From: Octopus vulgaris
Taxonomy: Eukaryota
Direction: 5' to 3'
DNA: 64,000 nucleotides
Assembly (NCBI GenBank): GCA_951406725.2
Contig: OX597817.1
Span: 157,604,001-157,668,000 of the forward strand
The position numbers were made by a program, and so were the translations under genes. Shown in pieces: positions 35,270 through 47,779 of this stretch. Below the pieces are notes generated by a model, which was not told the origin of the DNA, did no database searches, and worked only from the letters and a program-made list of their open reading frames with translations. Every line of letters begins with the position of its first letter. Position 1 is the stretch's first letter.

Positions 35270-35709
35270 TTACTGGCACTTGTGCATATTACTGGCACTT
35301 GTGCTTACTGGCACTTGTGCCTGTGCTAGTAGGGTGCCAAGAGCACCATCCGAGCGTGATCGTTGCCAGAGCAGCCAACTGGCTTCCGTGCCGGTGGCAT
35401 GTAAAAGGGCACCATTCGACCGTGATCGTTGCCAATGTTGCCTTACTGGCACCTGTGCCGGTGGCATGTGTAAAAGGATTCAAGCGAGGTCATTGCCAGT
35501 ACCGCCTGACTGGCCCCCGTGCCAGTGGCACGTAAAAAGCACCCACTACACTCTCGGAGTGGTTGGCGTTAGGAAGGGCATCCAGCTGTAGAAACTCTGC
35601 CAGATCAAGATTGGAGCGTGGTGCAGCCATCTGGTTCACCAGCCCACAGTCAAAATCGTCCAACCCATGCTAGCATGGAAAGCGGATCTTAAATGATGAT
35701 GATGATGAT
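35270..35709 (+). mobile_element. RTE 3' UTR with tandem units
   Basis: Repeated tactggcacttgtgc and gtgccggtggca units, (GAT)n tail. Confidence 0.88.
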
Positions 35710-35889
35710 TTGTAAGTTTTCTTAGGAGAAATTTTAAGAATGGAGATTCGTAATTTTATTCCCATTTTGTAATAAACTCAATTCTTTTAAAAGAAAAAAA
35801 TTTCTATTTTCAAAAGTGGTAGCTTAATGTTTTTAATGGCCATATTCAGAAATATATATTTGCATGTCTGTGTACGTACATACATACAA

Positions 35890-36256
35890 GTGGAGGCGCA
35901 ATGGCCCAGTGGTTAGGGCAGCGGACTCGCGGTCGTAGGATCGCGGTTTCGATTCCCAGACCGGGCATTGTGAGTGTTTATTGAGCAAAAACAACTAAAG
36001 CTTCACGAGACTCCTGCAGGGGGTGGTGGTGAACCCTGCTGTACTCTTTCACCACAACTTTCTCTCACTCTTTCTTCCTGTTTCTGTTGTACCTGTATTT
36101 CAAAGGGCCAGCCTTGTCACACTCTGTGTCACGCTGAATCTCCTCGAGAACTACGTTAAGGGTACACGTGTCTGTGGAGTGCTCAGCCACAAGCAAGCTG
36201 TTCCGTTGATCGTATCAGCTGGGACCCTCATCGTCGTAACCGACAGAGTGCTCCTA
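35890..36256 (+). mobile_element. SINE family C
   Basis: Matches 32425-32815 with a small internal deletion. Flanked by tacatacataca. Confidence 0.92.
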
Positions 36257-37052
36257 CTACATACATACACACACACATGCTCATATGTAATACATACAGA
36301 GGAAGACGGTAAGAGAAAGGGTGAGTTACAAGCTAAACTGGAGGTTTACAGACAGACAGATGTCACTATCATTAGAATAATGATTATTTAAATTCTGCTA
36401 CAACTATTTTACAGTTCCCCTATACCTGGAATTTATTTCGATCATTTGTCTGCTTAAAGAACAGGTGTCACAAATATTTCACAATCGAATCACTAATCCA
36501 AGGAAAAATAAGCAACAACAACAACAAAAAAAAAAAAATATATGGATCAACAATTCGTATTTCAGTTCATTCAAGTTTGCAAGAATTATGAAATGTATAT
36601 TGGCAAGGAAAAAGTTAGATAAAAATGCAAAAATATGAGCAAATCTATATAAAATAAAGCGAACTAGTGATGGTTATTTGTTAATAACGATAATGCTGTG
36701 AAATTATTCGTGAGTTTTTTTTTTTGTATGCCAGAATTCTGACATAAATGATAATCTCATTAAGAATTTGAACAGAAAACAAAAAGCTATTAGAAATATT
36801 GTTCATTATCTTGATTCACACTGGAATGAACTCAAGCTGATCAGGTTTAGTTTAAAAACAGTACTGTTGTATAGCTCTAAATTTCATTGCTTTGAATAAC
36901 TAGATATCAATAACATGGTTGTGTAGGGGCAGTTGGAACACATGGCTGCACAGAGTTGTAAAGTATTCTATATAAAAGCTATGAGATTCAGAGACACTGC
37001 AAAGATACTGCCTTGCTGACGTTCAATGTTAATAAGAATTACAGAGGTTTAA

Positions 37053-37273
37053 CCCTTTAGCATTTAAGCCGGCCATATCCGGCCAAAAGTATTCTGCCTG
37101 TTTTATGTGCAAACTGGCCAAATCTGGTCTCTCACACCAACTCTACAATATCGTTTTAAAAATGAACAGCTACTTCATCAAAATCTCATAGCTACAAGAT
37201 AATGCGTGATTAATTCAAAACAATGTGGATAAAAAAGTATTAATTTTGGCAGAATAATGCGAACACTAACGGC
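37053..37273. mobile_element. piggyBac-type MITE, second family
   Basis: TTAA|ccctttagc…cactaacggc|TTAA (degenerate right TIR). Related partial copy at ~38340-38497. Confidence 0.65.
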
Positions 37274-37417
37274 TTAATAGATACATTACCAGTTTCTGGT
37301 CACAGAGGGCTTGAGTACACATTGTGTTACTGGTGATGAATTATGCTTTGAGTTAAAACTTTGTTACTGGTCATGAACTATGTGCTCAAGTAAAACCTCA
37401 TTTAACTACACAGACTT

Positions 37418-37858
37418 GGTTGGCATCCTTTTTGTCTCGGGAGACAATGGAGTTGCGCATAAAGTAGTCTAATCCGGCTTTTACATTTCATGTCCTGATA
37501 CATTTCCTGCTGTGGCTGTGTAGTCCTATCCTGGACAAACACTCCCTCTGGCAGGTACCGCAAATGTAGCGAAGACTGTTCCTGGCTGGTTGTAATGCCA
37601 TAGTTTCTTGTTGACGTCTTTTCTTGTCTTTCCATTTCTCCTCTCTCTCTCTGTCACTCCTTTGTATTCCCTCTCTTACGGTACGTCGCCAGTCTCCATG
37701 GTTGCCGGCAACTGCCTCCCAACCGCTAATGTTGATGTTGCAGACCTTCATGTCCCTTTTGCAAACATCCTTGTAACGTAAGATTGGTCTACCCACAGAC
37801 CTAGTACCCCTAGCAAGCTCTCCGTAGAGTATATCCTTGGGGATTCTGCCATCTTTCA
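37418..37858 (-). mobile_element. RTE (BovB-like) LINE 3' fragment with C-terminal zinc finger
   Basis: MKDGRIPKDILYGEL…GRPILRYKDVCKRDM…CGTCQRECLSRIGLHSH. 11-bp TSD TACACAGACTT at 37407-37417 and 37859-37869. Confidence 0.93.
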
Positions 37859-37955
37859 TACACAGACTTAACAGCTGATAAATGGTCAATATGCTTGTGT
37901 TTCTAGACTCAAATATAACCAAATCTATCTCAGAATTTAAGAAACCTGTGGAAGA

Positions 37956-38170
37956 TCATCATCATATCATCATCATTTAGTATCTGTTTTCCATGCTGGC
38001 ATGGATGAGATGGTTTGGCTGGAACTGTAAGCTGGAGAGTTGTACCAGGCTTCAGGCTGGTTTGGCTTGATTTCAATGGCTGAATGTCCTTCCTAACACA
38101 AACCACTCCAAGAGTGTAGTGGGTTCCTTTTACGTGTCACCAGCATGGGCACCTTTTATGTGTCACTGCC
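37956..38170 (-). mobile_element. Degenerate RTE 3' UTR fragment
   Basis: catcatcat…ttccatgctggcatgg…ccttcctaacacaaaccactccaagagtgtagtggg. Confidence 0.75.
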
Positions 38171-38189
38171 ACTTTAGCCAATAACCCTT

Positions 38190-38300
38190 GTTTACAACAC
38201 TTTAATGCATATATGACTGGTTTTTGTCAGATTACTAAGACTGAGCAGCGTTGAGCCTGGTGAGTACTCAAATGAGTGACAACCTGGAAAACTGAGCATC
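38190..38300 (+). pseudogene. Degenerate 5S rRNA pseudogene
   Basis: gtcagattactaagactgagcagcgttgagcctggtgagtactcaaatgagtgacaacctggaaaac aligns to 5S GTCCGATCACCGAAGTTAAGCAGCGTCG…GGTTAGTACTTGGATGGGTGACCGCCTGGGAA. Confidence 0.7.
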
Positions 38301-38569
38301 TTTTCCAACCAATAAGGAAGCCTCTAATGTGGTGTGAATTAATCATACATTATCTTGCAGCTTAGATATTTCAATGATGTGATTGTATATTTCTAGAATT
38401 ACATTGTAGGGTAGGTGTGAGGAGCTGGATTTAGCCAATTTGAAAATAAAACATAGAATATTTGGGCTGGATATAGCTACTTTAAATGCTAAAGGGTTAG
38501 AAAGGAAGGATGTTGGATAATATAATCCTCAAAAGCCAGAATGAGTTTCAGCTTGACCACAGACTTTCT

Positions 38570-38782
38570 TTTCTTTTCTACTCTAGGCACAAGGCCTGAA
38601 ATTTTGGGGGAGGGGGCAGTTGATTAGATCAACCCAGTATGCAACTGGTACTTAATTTATTGACCTCGAAAGGATGAAAGGCAAAGTCGACCTCGGCGGA
38701 ATTTGAACTCAGAACACAAAGACAGATGAAATACTGCTAAGCATTTTGCCCGGTGTGCTAACGTTTCTGCCAGCTCACCATC
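38570..38782 (-). mobile_element. SINE family B
   Basis: aaaggatgaaaggcaaagtcgacctcggcggaatttgaactcagaac…tctgccagctcacc. Confidence 0.88.
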
Positions 38783-38817
38783 TTTGCCAAATCAAGGCTA
38801 AAATAGAGCTAAACAAC

Positions 38818-39083
38818 ATCTTCTTCTTACAGCATTCACCCGGGGTGGGTTGAGCTGGTTTCATTTGTCCTCAATGCTGCATCTCTCACAAATGCTGACC
38901 AGGCCTGGTGATTTGAGGCTAACGACTGCGTGATCTCCAACCACTCCTTATTCCAGTGGCGAACGCTGTAGATATGGGGGCCTAGGTTGGGTTCCAGATC
39001 AGCCTTGACCATCATCGGCCAGATTTTTCGTTGTCCGGTTCCAGATCAGCCTTGACTGTCATCAGCCAGGTTTTTTGTTGTCC
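38818..39083 (-). mobile_element. RTE LINE 3' fragment, third family
   Basis: Minus strand GQRKIWPMMVKADLEPNLGPHIYSVRHWNKEWLEITQSLASNHQAWSAFVRDA…*, with a (GAA)n tail. Confidence 0.75.
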
Positions 39084-39983
39084 ATTTTTTTTTTTTAAAT
39101 AAACAACATTAACACAATCACCTCAATGTAGACGTTTGCTACTTATGGGATAAGGTCTTAGTTGTTCTTGATTTAATAAAAATTCAAAGTCATGACATAT
39201 CTATCTGGAGAAATAAATGAAAAGAAGGATTCAGAACAGCCAGTACAGAAATGAGTTGATCTGAAATTTGAAATTAGAAAAATGATAAAAACATGGTTAA
39301 TGGTTGAATAAGATATTATTTCAATAAATATTTCTAAAAATAAATAGCTTTATGATTGAAGGTAACCAATAACATTCAGGAAGCTTAGATAACACGCACT
39401 ACACCAACCACACTGACATTTAACTATTCTGATTGCTTGGCCAATATTATGTTACCTACTTCATTAAATTTAAGAAAAGTTATGGCTGAATTACAGCCAT
39501 GAAGAAAGTCAAGATATGTCATAAAAGGATATATCATAAAAGCAAAAACATAAGTATTAACTCTATCAGTGCAAAAACTTTTTTCCTAATAAAATATACC
39601 AGAAATAGTACTTCAGTAACTAATGGAAAATATAATTTATATCATTAACTGAGAATAGTTTCCAGCAAATTTATGACATTTAATAGCTTGATGCTTTCAA
39701 GTCAGTTTCTATAGGATTGGCACATCTATTTCAGAGGATTGCATCGAAATGGATAGACATTAAAACTCTATTGTAAATATAGGTTAGTGAGTTCAAAATA
39801 AACCAAAAAATATTATGTATATATATATTTAGTAGAAGTAGAAACAAAAAAGGTAATAATCAGTATATATAACCATAAACCAGAATATGAAGACATTACA
39901 AGTGAAATGGCAACTAACTTAATCTACCATTTAACATCAATAGTAAATCCTACTAAGTAAAATTTATATCGAGTCAGCTGTAA

Positions 39984-40325
39984 TCTCTATATATATAAAC
40001 GGCAAAATGTCTGTGTGTGTGTCCTTTATACAAATCCACAATTTTTCAGTTAGAGGGCTTGCACTTTCTATGGTCATTCACATCTTTACATTTCCCCAGT
40101 CACCCTGCAAAGCCATTAAAAAAAATCAATAGAAGTGACTTTTTTGTGAATTTTCTATCCAAAACCCAATCAAAATGCCCGAAACTTGACATGCCAACTG
40201 AATGCCAGCTAGCTGTATGTGATTCGTCAGAGATTTGGACAGTACTCGTGTGTATGTGTGCACACACGCAGCTGTATATGCATGCACCAGCACTATGACC
40301 CGGTGTTGCCGGGTCATAGTGCTAG
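39984..40325 (+). mobile_element. Non-autonomous Helitron, second family
   Basis: A|TCTCTATATATATAAA 5' end. Perfect 15-bp hairpin at 40289-40323. CTAG|T 3' end. Confidence 0.88.
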
Positions 40326-40814
40326 TTGAGTAAAAATTGTTACATGGTTGGATCACTGGTAACTAAACCAGCATATATATCAGGCTCACCTGGTAAGGAA
40401 GGTTGCTAGAAACCCAACAGAGAGTCTAGTAAGTGTACTGAAAAATAGAAATATTTGATTGAAATGGTGAACAAACATACTGTAAGGTCAGAGTGTGAGC
40501 GATGAACCTATGCTTCTGACTAGGACATACATCCAGGAGAAGAGGCATCTGATGTACAACCTAAGGATTATCCAGTTTATGGTCATTCCAATCAATGGTG
40601 GACTACCAAAAGGAAAAGCTGGTCTCCCTGTAGAGCAAATGCAATTTCATTCACTCTAATCAATTCCACACAGAGGAACTTCTTAGGACTACAATAAATG
40701 AATCCCTGTTGTAGTTAGTGACTGGAATGCCATGTGATGTAACACTGTCACCCAGTAAATGTAGCTTAGATGAAGAAGTCATGATTCTCTAGTCATTCAT
40801 GTGGCCTTCTCCTC

Positions 40815-41021
40815 TCTTTTTACTCTTTACGTTTTTACTTGTTTCAGTCATTTGACTGTGGCCATGCTGGAGCACCGCCTTTAGTCGAGCAAATCGCCCC
40901 CCAGGACTTATTCTTTATAAGCCTAGTACTTATCCTATCGGTCTCTTTTGCCGAAACACACCAGCATCGGTTGTCAAGTGATGTTGGGGGGACAAACACA
41001 GACCCACAAACATATACACAC

Positions 41022-41080
<59 letters not shown>

Positions 41081-41250
41081 TATATACACACGATGGGCTT
41101 CTTTCAGTTTCCGTCTACCTAATCCACTCACAAGGCTTTGGTCGGCCCAAGGCTATAGTAGAAGACACTTGCCCAAGGTGCCATGCAGTGGAACTGAACC
41201 TGGATCCATGTGGTTGGTAAGCAAGCTACTTACCACACAGCCACTCCTAC
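40815..41250 (-). mobile_element. SINE family A
   Basis: Consensus match with internal (TA)n. Confidence 0.92.
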
Positions 41251-41783
41251 ACCTACTTAACACTACTGTTTAAGAAGACCCATCTGTGTCTAAGAAGCGA
41301 TCATACATAAGCACAAGCTGACTTTTAACAGCTAATATTGTAACAAGTCTCCTAAATCATTAACTCATACTAAAGACACCATTTGTATATAGTGTATACT
41401 TTATGCAATAAATCAATCTTCTATTGTCAATTTCTCCTCAAATTATTGCCCACAAAATAATTCAAACTTACCACTGCAATTTAAAGAGACACCTTGTCAC
41501 TTTTATAATGATGTCATTGTTTGGAGTGGTGGGATTGTTTTACATGGTGGTATCTATTTTCGTTTGTGAGTTCAGTACTTTGATTACGGACACAACACAG
41601 TGATGATAATACAATACAAATCATTTACCTTTCGGCTAACTGTCCAGTATCGTTTTTACTTGGTGATATGCGCTTACCAAGTTTGACTTTGTTTTTATCC
41701 TCTCAGGGTCAATGTATCCAACTTAATTACTCCTGGGTATGATGGTAAAAAAAAAACTGTATCTCTCTGCCAAACCATGTTGT

Positions 41784-42090
41784 TGTTGTTTGTTCCTTCT
41801 CAAGCCATGCCTGGCTCATAAGGGCCGGTTTCCTAGTTTCCTTGGCGTATAGGTTCCCCACCTGGACGGGACGCCGGTCCGTCGCAGGTGAGCTGCAAGA
41901 TGCAGGAGGAAAGAGTGAGAGAAAGTTGTGGCGAAAGAGTCAGCAGAAGTTCGCCATTACCTTCTGCCGGAGCCGCATGGAGCTTAGGTGTTTCGCTCAA
42001 TAAACACACACATCGCCCGGTCTGAGATTCGAACCCGCAATCCCTCGACCGCAAGTCTGCTGCTCTAACCACTAGGCCATCTGCCTCCAC
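41784..42090 (-). mobile_element. SINE with family C-like tRNA head but a different 3' half and (AAC)n tail
   Basis: Head gtggaggcagatggcctagtggttagagcagc…gggttcgaatctc. TSD AAACCATGTTG at 41773-41783 and 42092-42102. Confidence 0.88.
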
Positions 42091-43559
42091 CAAACCATGT
42101 TGGGTCAGATGGCAGAGATGGCTCATCAAACCAGTAAAATTTCAAGCTCAAATTCATGGCCTCCATATCAGACTATGGTTGGTGGAGAGAGTATGCTGAG
42201 GCTTTTGTCCTGCAGTGGATTAAACATGAGTAATCCAATCCAATCCAATCCATATGCTCCTGACTCTATAACTACTAAGGTGCAACAGTAACAGTATTAA
42301 GTCAGTAAGCAGTATTAAGCAGTATTAACCCACAATGCATACAGATTGCTTGAACCAGTTCTCAGAGAAATCTATACAAAATAATGTCCAAAATATTTAT
42401 TAGTGATTTACTTGCTAAACCAATCTCATTTGCTACTTAGTAAAATCAATTTAATAAAAATAGTTACCATGGATTTAGAGCCAGAATGAATTATTGATCT
42501 TATAGATTTTTATCAGCACACGAGCTTCATGCATCACAGCATGCAATTCTTATTTTAGATATTCAACATGCAATGTAGTGAGCCCAGATAACACTTTTGA
42601 TTAACAGATTGATTCCTGTTGCATAACTTGAATGCCAGTATCCACTCCATTCGATGGCAACAAAAGAACCCGTGCATCAGTGAAACAAGAAGAGAAACAC
42701 TAAAGCAGACTAAAATTCCTATCTTTGTGCAAATGAATATTTGATTTGCAAGAAATTAGGATAGGAATAAATCAATGGAAGCTTAATTAATGGCAAAAAT
42801 AAACAGCAGAAGAAAAAATATATATACAAGAATTTCACCTGAATGCATGACTGTGAAGTGGTTAGAGGTTAATTTAATTAAAAGGTCAAGATTTCAAATC
42901 TTGTCACAGGTATTGTACAGTAACCTTAGGAAAGGCATACTATTCAATTTGCCTGATAGTGATAAGTGAATTTTAACTAAAAGAAGGAAACAAAAAATAA
43001 AAAAAAATAAAAAAAGTAAAATGCATTTCCACTCTTTAAGAAGAGAATTATAAAAAATCTGTGAACTGACTGAGCCATGTTAACCTGGCAAGGTTGAAAC
43101 TTTGCTGAACAGGAAATGAAAGACATTGAAATCAAAATATTAATCAAAGAAAATTAAATTTTAATAAACAATAAAAATAATCATTCCACACCACACAAGA
43201 AGTTTCCTGCAGCTAATTGACAGGGAAACCTCGCGTTGAATAGCAACAGAAGAATTCTGGGAGATAAAAACTAACCAATATACGGATATATGAAAATAAC
43301 AGCTAATCAAATTGATAGGAATTGTTAAACTGCTTGTCTTTCAATAACGATTGTTAAATAGAATAAAGTGAAATTTAACAACAATATTAGAAAACAATGC
43401 ATTATCTTTATTTGTTTCAGCCATCGGATTGTAGCCTGCTGGGGCACCCACTTCAATGGTATGATTAAACAAATTGATGTCAGTTCTTATTTTGAATCTT
43501 TTGCCAAACCACTAAGTGGGTGTAAACAAACTGACACTGGTTGTTATGCAGTGATACTT

Positions 43560-43960
43560 TCTCTTTTTTACTCTTTTTACTCTTTTACTTGTTTCAGTCA
43601 TTTGACTGTGGCCATGCTGGAGCACTGCCTTTAGTCAAGCAAATCGACCCCAGGCCTTAATCTTTGTAATCATAGTACTTATTCTATTGGTCTCTTTTTT
43701 GACGAACCGCTAAGCTACAGGGACATAAACACACCAGCACTGGTTGTCAAGCGATGTTGGGGGGACAAACACAGACACACAAACACACATATATACATAT
43801 ATACATATATATGACGGGCTTCTTTCAGTTTCCGTCTACTAAATCCACTCACAAGGCTTTGGTTGGCCCGAAGCTATAGTAGAAGACACTTGCCCAAGGT
43901 GCCCCGCAGTGGGACTGAACCTGGAACCGTGTGGTTGGTAAGCAAGCTCCTTACCACATA
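43560..43960 (-). mobile_element. SINE family A
   Basis: Consensus match. Older fragments flank it (43405-43555, 43965-44090). Confidence 0.9.
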
Positions 43961-44248
43961 CGTGTATACAAGTTTCTGTCTACTTAACAGAATTAGTTGG
44001 CCCAGGGCTATAGCAGAAGATGCTTGCCTGTGATTCCAGGCAGTGAGACTGAACCTGGAACCATGTGGTTACAAAGCTAGCTTCTCAACCCTTTTGAGGA
44101 CACACAGTGTTTTGGTATGTGCAGCCAAAAAGACCCAAATATTTTCTGTTTGAGACTGAAATTGATAGGTGCATGTAGAAAATTAAGGATAAAGTGTCTA
44201 AAACTACTTTATTACTGTGTAAATCTCTCTATATATATATTATGAAAG

Positions 44249-44475
44249 CGCCAACACATGCGAGACCAATAGGATCGCTGCTGCAGAAGACCGCAGACAA
44301 GCCAGGAAGAACAGAGCTAACTACTCTGTAGCAGGCACTACCATTCCCTGTCCATGCTGTCAAAGATTCTTTCGGGCGCAGATTGGCCTCACTAGCCATC
44401 TGCGGACTCATAAAACAAGCCCACCCCCACCCCAGGATGACTAGATGGTCTTCGTTGCATCGATGGACAAACTAC
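44249..44475 (+). mobile_element. RTE LINE 3' fragment with C2H2 zinc finger
   Basis: RIAAAEDRRQARK…IPCPCCQRFFRAQIGLTSHLRTH. 10-bp TSD ATTATGAAAG at 44239-44248 and 44476-44485. Confidence 0.88.
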
Positions 44476-44581
44476 ATTATGAAAGTTTATAAACAGTACA
44501 ATACATCTATCACAATAAGAAAATCTAAAACAATACAATACGTGTAAATAAATAAAATAATAAGCATATATGTTTCTGTGG

Positions 44582-44777
44582 AAAAACAAACAAAAAAATG
44601 TACTGAAAGACGATTGGCTATTACACTTCAAAACCAACCATTCATAACATTTGTTTCATTGGGTCAAAATAATAAGTACAAATGTTATGTGACAAAACAA
44701 ATAAAAAATGTACTGAAAGATGATTGGCTGTTACACTTCAAAACCAACCATTCACAGCATTTGTTTCATTGGGTCAA
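44582..44777. repeat. Direct duplication of ~85 bp (period ~111 bp)
   Basis: aaaatgtactgaaagaYgattggctRttacacttcaaaaccaaccattca…tttgtttcattgggtcaa occurs twice. Confidence 0.9.
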
Positions 44778-45559
44778 CTTGTATCCCCGAAAGTTCAAAG
44801 GCTTGTACCATGAGACAGCCAGTTGGCTCTGGCTACTGGAGCTGTAGAAAGGTAGGTATAGAGAGGGAACAGGCCAAAACTATGCGTGCTTCCCCTCTAT
44901 TGGTCAGTAGACTGCAACATGTGACAGTTAGTCGATACCAGCTGTTGAAGCTTAGATTGTGTCATGTGACAGTTAGCTGGCATCTAACGGTGAGTATTTA
45001 AAGGTAAATTTGGCAGGGTGGTCATTTGCTTGCTGAAATTTGTTGACACCACAAGGAAGATGACACAACCAAAGAACAAAAAAAAAAATCGCACTCAACA
45101 CTAGAGCTAAACACAGCTCTGAAACGTGGGGGCCCCCGCCACTTTAGAAAATTGTAGAGGAGTAGGTGCTGAAACCGGACGTGGTTCCACCTGATGTCCT
45201 TAACCACTGGGACCTATAAAGGAATTGCTGAGTTAGTTAAACCATGAAACGCCAATCAATCAGCCAGGTGTCCCAAGAGGATTAACCAAACAACCATGCC
45301 TGCACCTATTTGTTGAGATGGTCAAAAGTTCTCATATGCAATGTTTTTTCATAATCTAGTAGGCTTATCTTAATTACTGTCACATGAAACCAAGGAGGAA
45401 ATTGTCTTTTCCCAAGTAAATAAATTATGTTAATAAGTAACATGAATCCAAAGATAAAAACACAACAAAGCTAATTATTCTGACTGTTTCTAATTTAGGC
45501 ACAAAGCCTGACATTAGTGGGGAGGAAGTTAGTCAACTAAATTGACCCCAGCACTCATT

Positions 45560-45881
45560 ACCAGCGTCGCCTTACTGACTTCCATGCCGGTGGCACGTGA
45601 AGAAACATTCAAGCGAGGTCATTGCCAGTGCTGCTAGACTGGCTCCTGTGCACCATTTGAGCATGGCTGTTGCCAGTACCGCCTGACTGGCCTTCGTGCC
45701 GGTGGCACATAAAAGCACCCATTACACTCTCAGAGTAGTTGGCTTTAGGAAGGGCATCCAGCTGTAGAAACTCTGCCAGATCAGATTGGAGCCTGGTGCA
45801 GCCTTCTGGTTTGCCAATCCTCAGTCAAATCGTCCAACCCATGCTAGCATGGAAAGCGGACATTAAACGATGATGATGATG
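45560..45881 (+). mobile_element. RTE 3' UTR fragment
   Basis: gccggtggcacg units and (GAT)n tail. Confidence 0.88.
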
Positions 45882-45999
45882 AAATCATGGAGGAATGTAA
45901 AGAACTACAACTAAATAGTACATGGCATTTTGTCAGATGCTCTACTGATTTTGCTGATCCCTCACTCTATATACTACTACTACTAATAATAATAATAAT

Positions 46000-46220
46000 G
46001 TATCCCAGTAGCTATAGGTGCATTAGAAACTATCTCTGAAGATTTGAACAGATAGATAGAAGAAATGGGCAAAACATCAAGTTTAGTACAGCTCCAGAAA
46101 ACAGTGTTATTAGGGAGAGCTAGGATACTTCAGAGGGTTCTTGATATCCAAGTTTATTTGTTGTAGCCTGATGTTAGGAATTTTTCTTTTCCAAGTCTAA
46201 TCTGTTGTGTGTATATGAAC
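46000..46220 (+). mobile_element. R4/Dong-type (RLE) LINE 3' end inserted in (TAA)n
   Basis: IPVAIGALETI…LQKTVLLGRARILQRVLDI matches the R4-clade C-terminus (PVVIGALG…QKxxLLGTARILRxVL). TAA repeats on both sides. Confidence 0.82.
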
Positions 46221-46239
46221 AATAATAATAATTCTTTCT

Positions 46240-46428
46240 GAAGTTTTGGGGAAGGGGATTAGTTGATTACATTGACCCCATTTGTTTCACCAGTACTTAA
46301 TTTATCAACCCTGAGAGGATGAAAGGCAAAGTCAACCTAGGTGATTTTTTGAACTCAGAACATAAAGCAAGAAGAAATGTTACAAAGCATTATATCTGGC
46401 ATGCTAATATTTCTGCCAGCTTACCACC

Positions 46429-46431
<3 letters not shown>
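46240..46431 (-). mobile_element. SINE family B, degenerate
   Basis: ggatgaaaggcaaagtcaacct…ttctgccagcttaccacctt. Confidence 0.8.
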
Positions 46432-46477
<46 letters not shown>

Positions 46478-46479
46478 TA

Positions 46480-47020
46480 ATGCTTTCTTTATTAACCACA
46501 TGAGTTGATAAAAAAACTAAGGGTGGTAGAGGATGATACAGAGTGGGATAATATGAAAAAGAGGAGTAAACAAGAAGAAAACACAGAAATAGTTCCCAAA
46601 AGGAAGGAAACCTTTGAGAGCTACTTGTAGACCCCACAACCTCAAGAACCCAGACCAAGTCACAGTGATCACTAAGGCAAGTGCCCTTTCCCAGCATACC
46701 ATCACCTATCTACAGGCACATATGCAGGGCAGGCCCATTCACTCAGACCATGTATGCTACTCTCAACCACCTTTCAACAAATTTGCTGAGATTCAGCACC
46801 TCCCTTTTCTATCCTCATTGTACTTTTCAATGAAACTTGAAAAAGTTGAGAGCTTGGCCAAAGAAAAAGGTGTCTGTATGCAGCCCTTTCAGTTTCATCC
46901 ACTACACAACCCCTTTCACTGAGGTCATGAGTCAAATAGAAATTGTCTGTCTTTCTTGGTCAAAGAAAAGCAGTGGGACAATCTTGAAACTGGACTTAGC
47001 TGCTAGCTGGAACTGTGCTA
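46480..47020 (-). mobile_element. Degraded LINE 3' end (L1/Tx1-like)
   Basis: Minus strand KGVV*WMKLKGLHTDTFFFGQALNFFKFH…KFVERWLRVA, followed by a pyrimidine-rich UTR ending near aataaag. Confidence 0.5.
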
Positions 47021-47039
47021 CACATAATGAAATATCCCG

Positions 47040-47327
47040 AGGTCGTCAATTCGAGCGAGGTCATTGCCAGTGCCGCTGGACTGGCTCCTCTGCAGATGGC
47101 ACATAAAAAGCACTATTTGGGTGTGGCCGTTGCCAGTACCACCAAACTGGCCCTCATGCCAGTGGCACGTAAAAGCACCCACTACACGCTCGGAGTGGTT
47201 GGCGTTAGGTAGGGCATCCAGCTGTAGAAACTCTGCCAGATCAGATTGGAGTCTGGTTCGCCAGACCTCAGTCAAATCGTCCAACCCATGCTAGCATGGA
47301 AAGTGGACGTTAAATGATGATGATGAT
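47040..47327 (+). mobile_element. RTE 3' UTR fragment
   Basis: Two gtggcac(a/g)taaaaagcac units and (GAT)n tail. Confidence 0.88.
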
Positions 47328-47779
47328 TATTGGTATCTGTTTTTTGTTATAGAAATAATGGTTACCTGAGTTGATAGAGTTACCAAACAACCAACAAAGA
47401 ATAGAGACATGTTTGGGATTTATAATTATTACGACAAATGGTGTATCGAAGATATTTGGGTATATAATAACCGAATAAGTAGTTAGAAATTTGTATTATG
47501 CCACTACAATTGCATGCATTTGGTGTACATCTGATAAAACAACATTGTTCTTGTATCAGTTATTGTTAATGCACTACCTGAAGTATATAATATATCTTTA
47601 AAGATATCTGATGTATCCTCGAAGCATTTGATATGACACATTATATGTCGAATGTACAATTTAGTGTATCATCTTACCTACACAAAAGGTTTGACATGAC
47701 ACTATGTCTGATGTATGTCTTATGTACTAGTTAATTATCAGGTTTGATCAGGCATACCTGATAATACTGGCTCCAAATT

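Noticed and set aside
44800-45300. GC-richer segment resembling an LTR
   Set aside because: I could find no second LTR, PBS/PPT or TSD.
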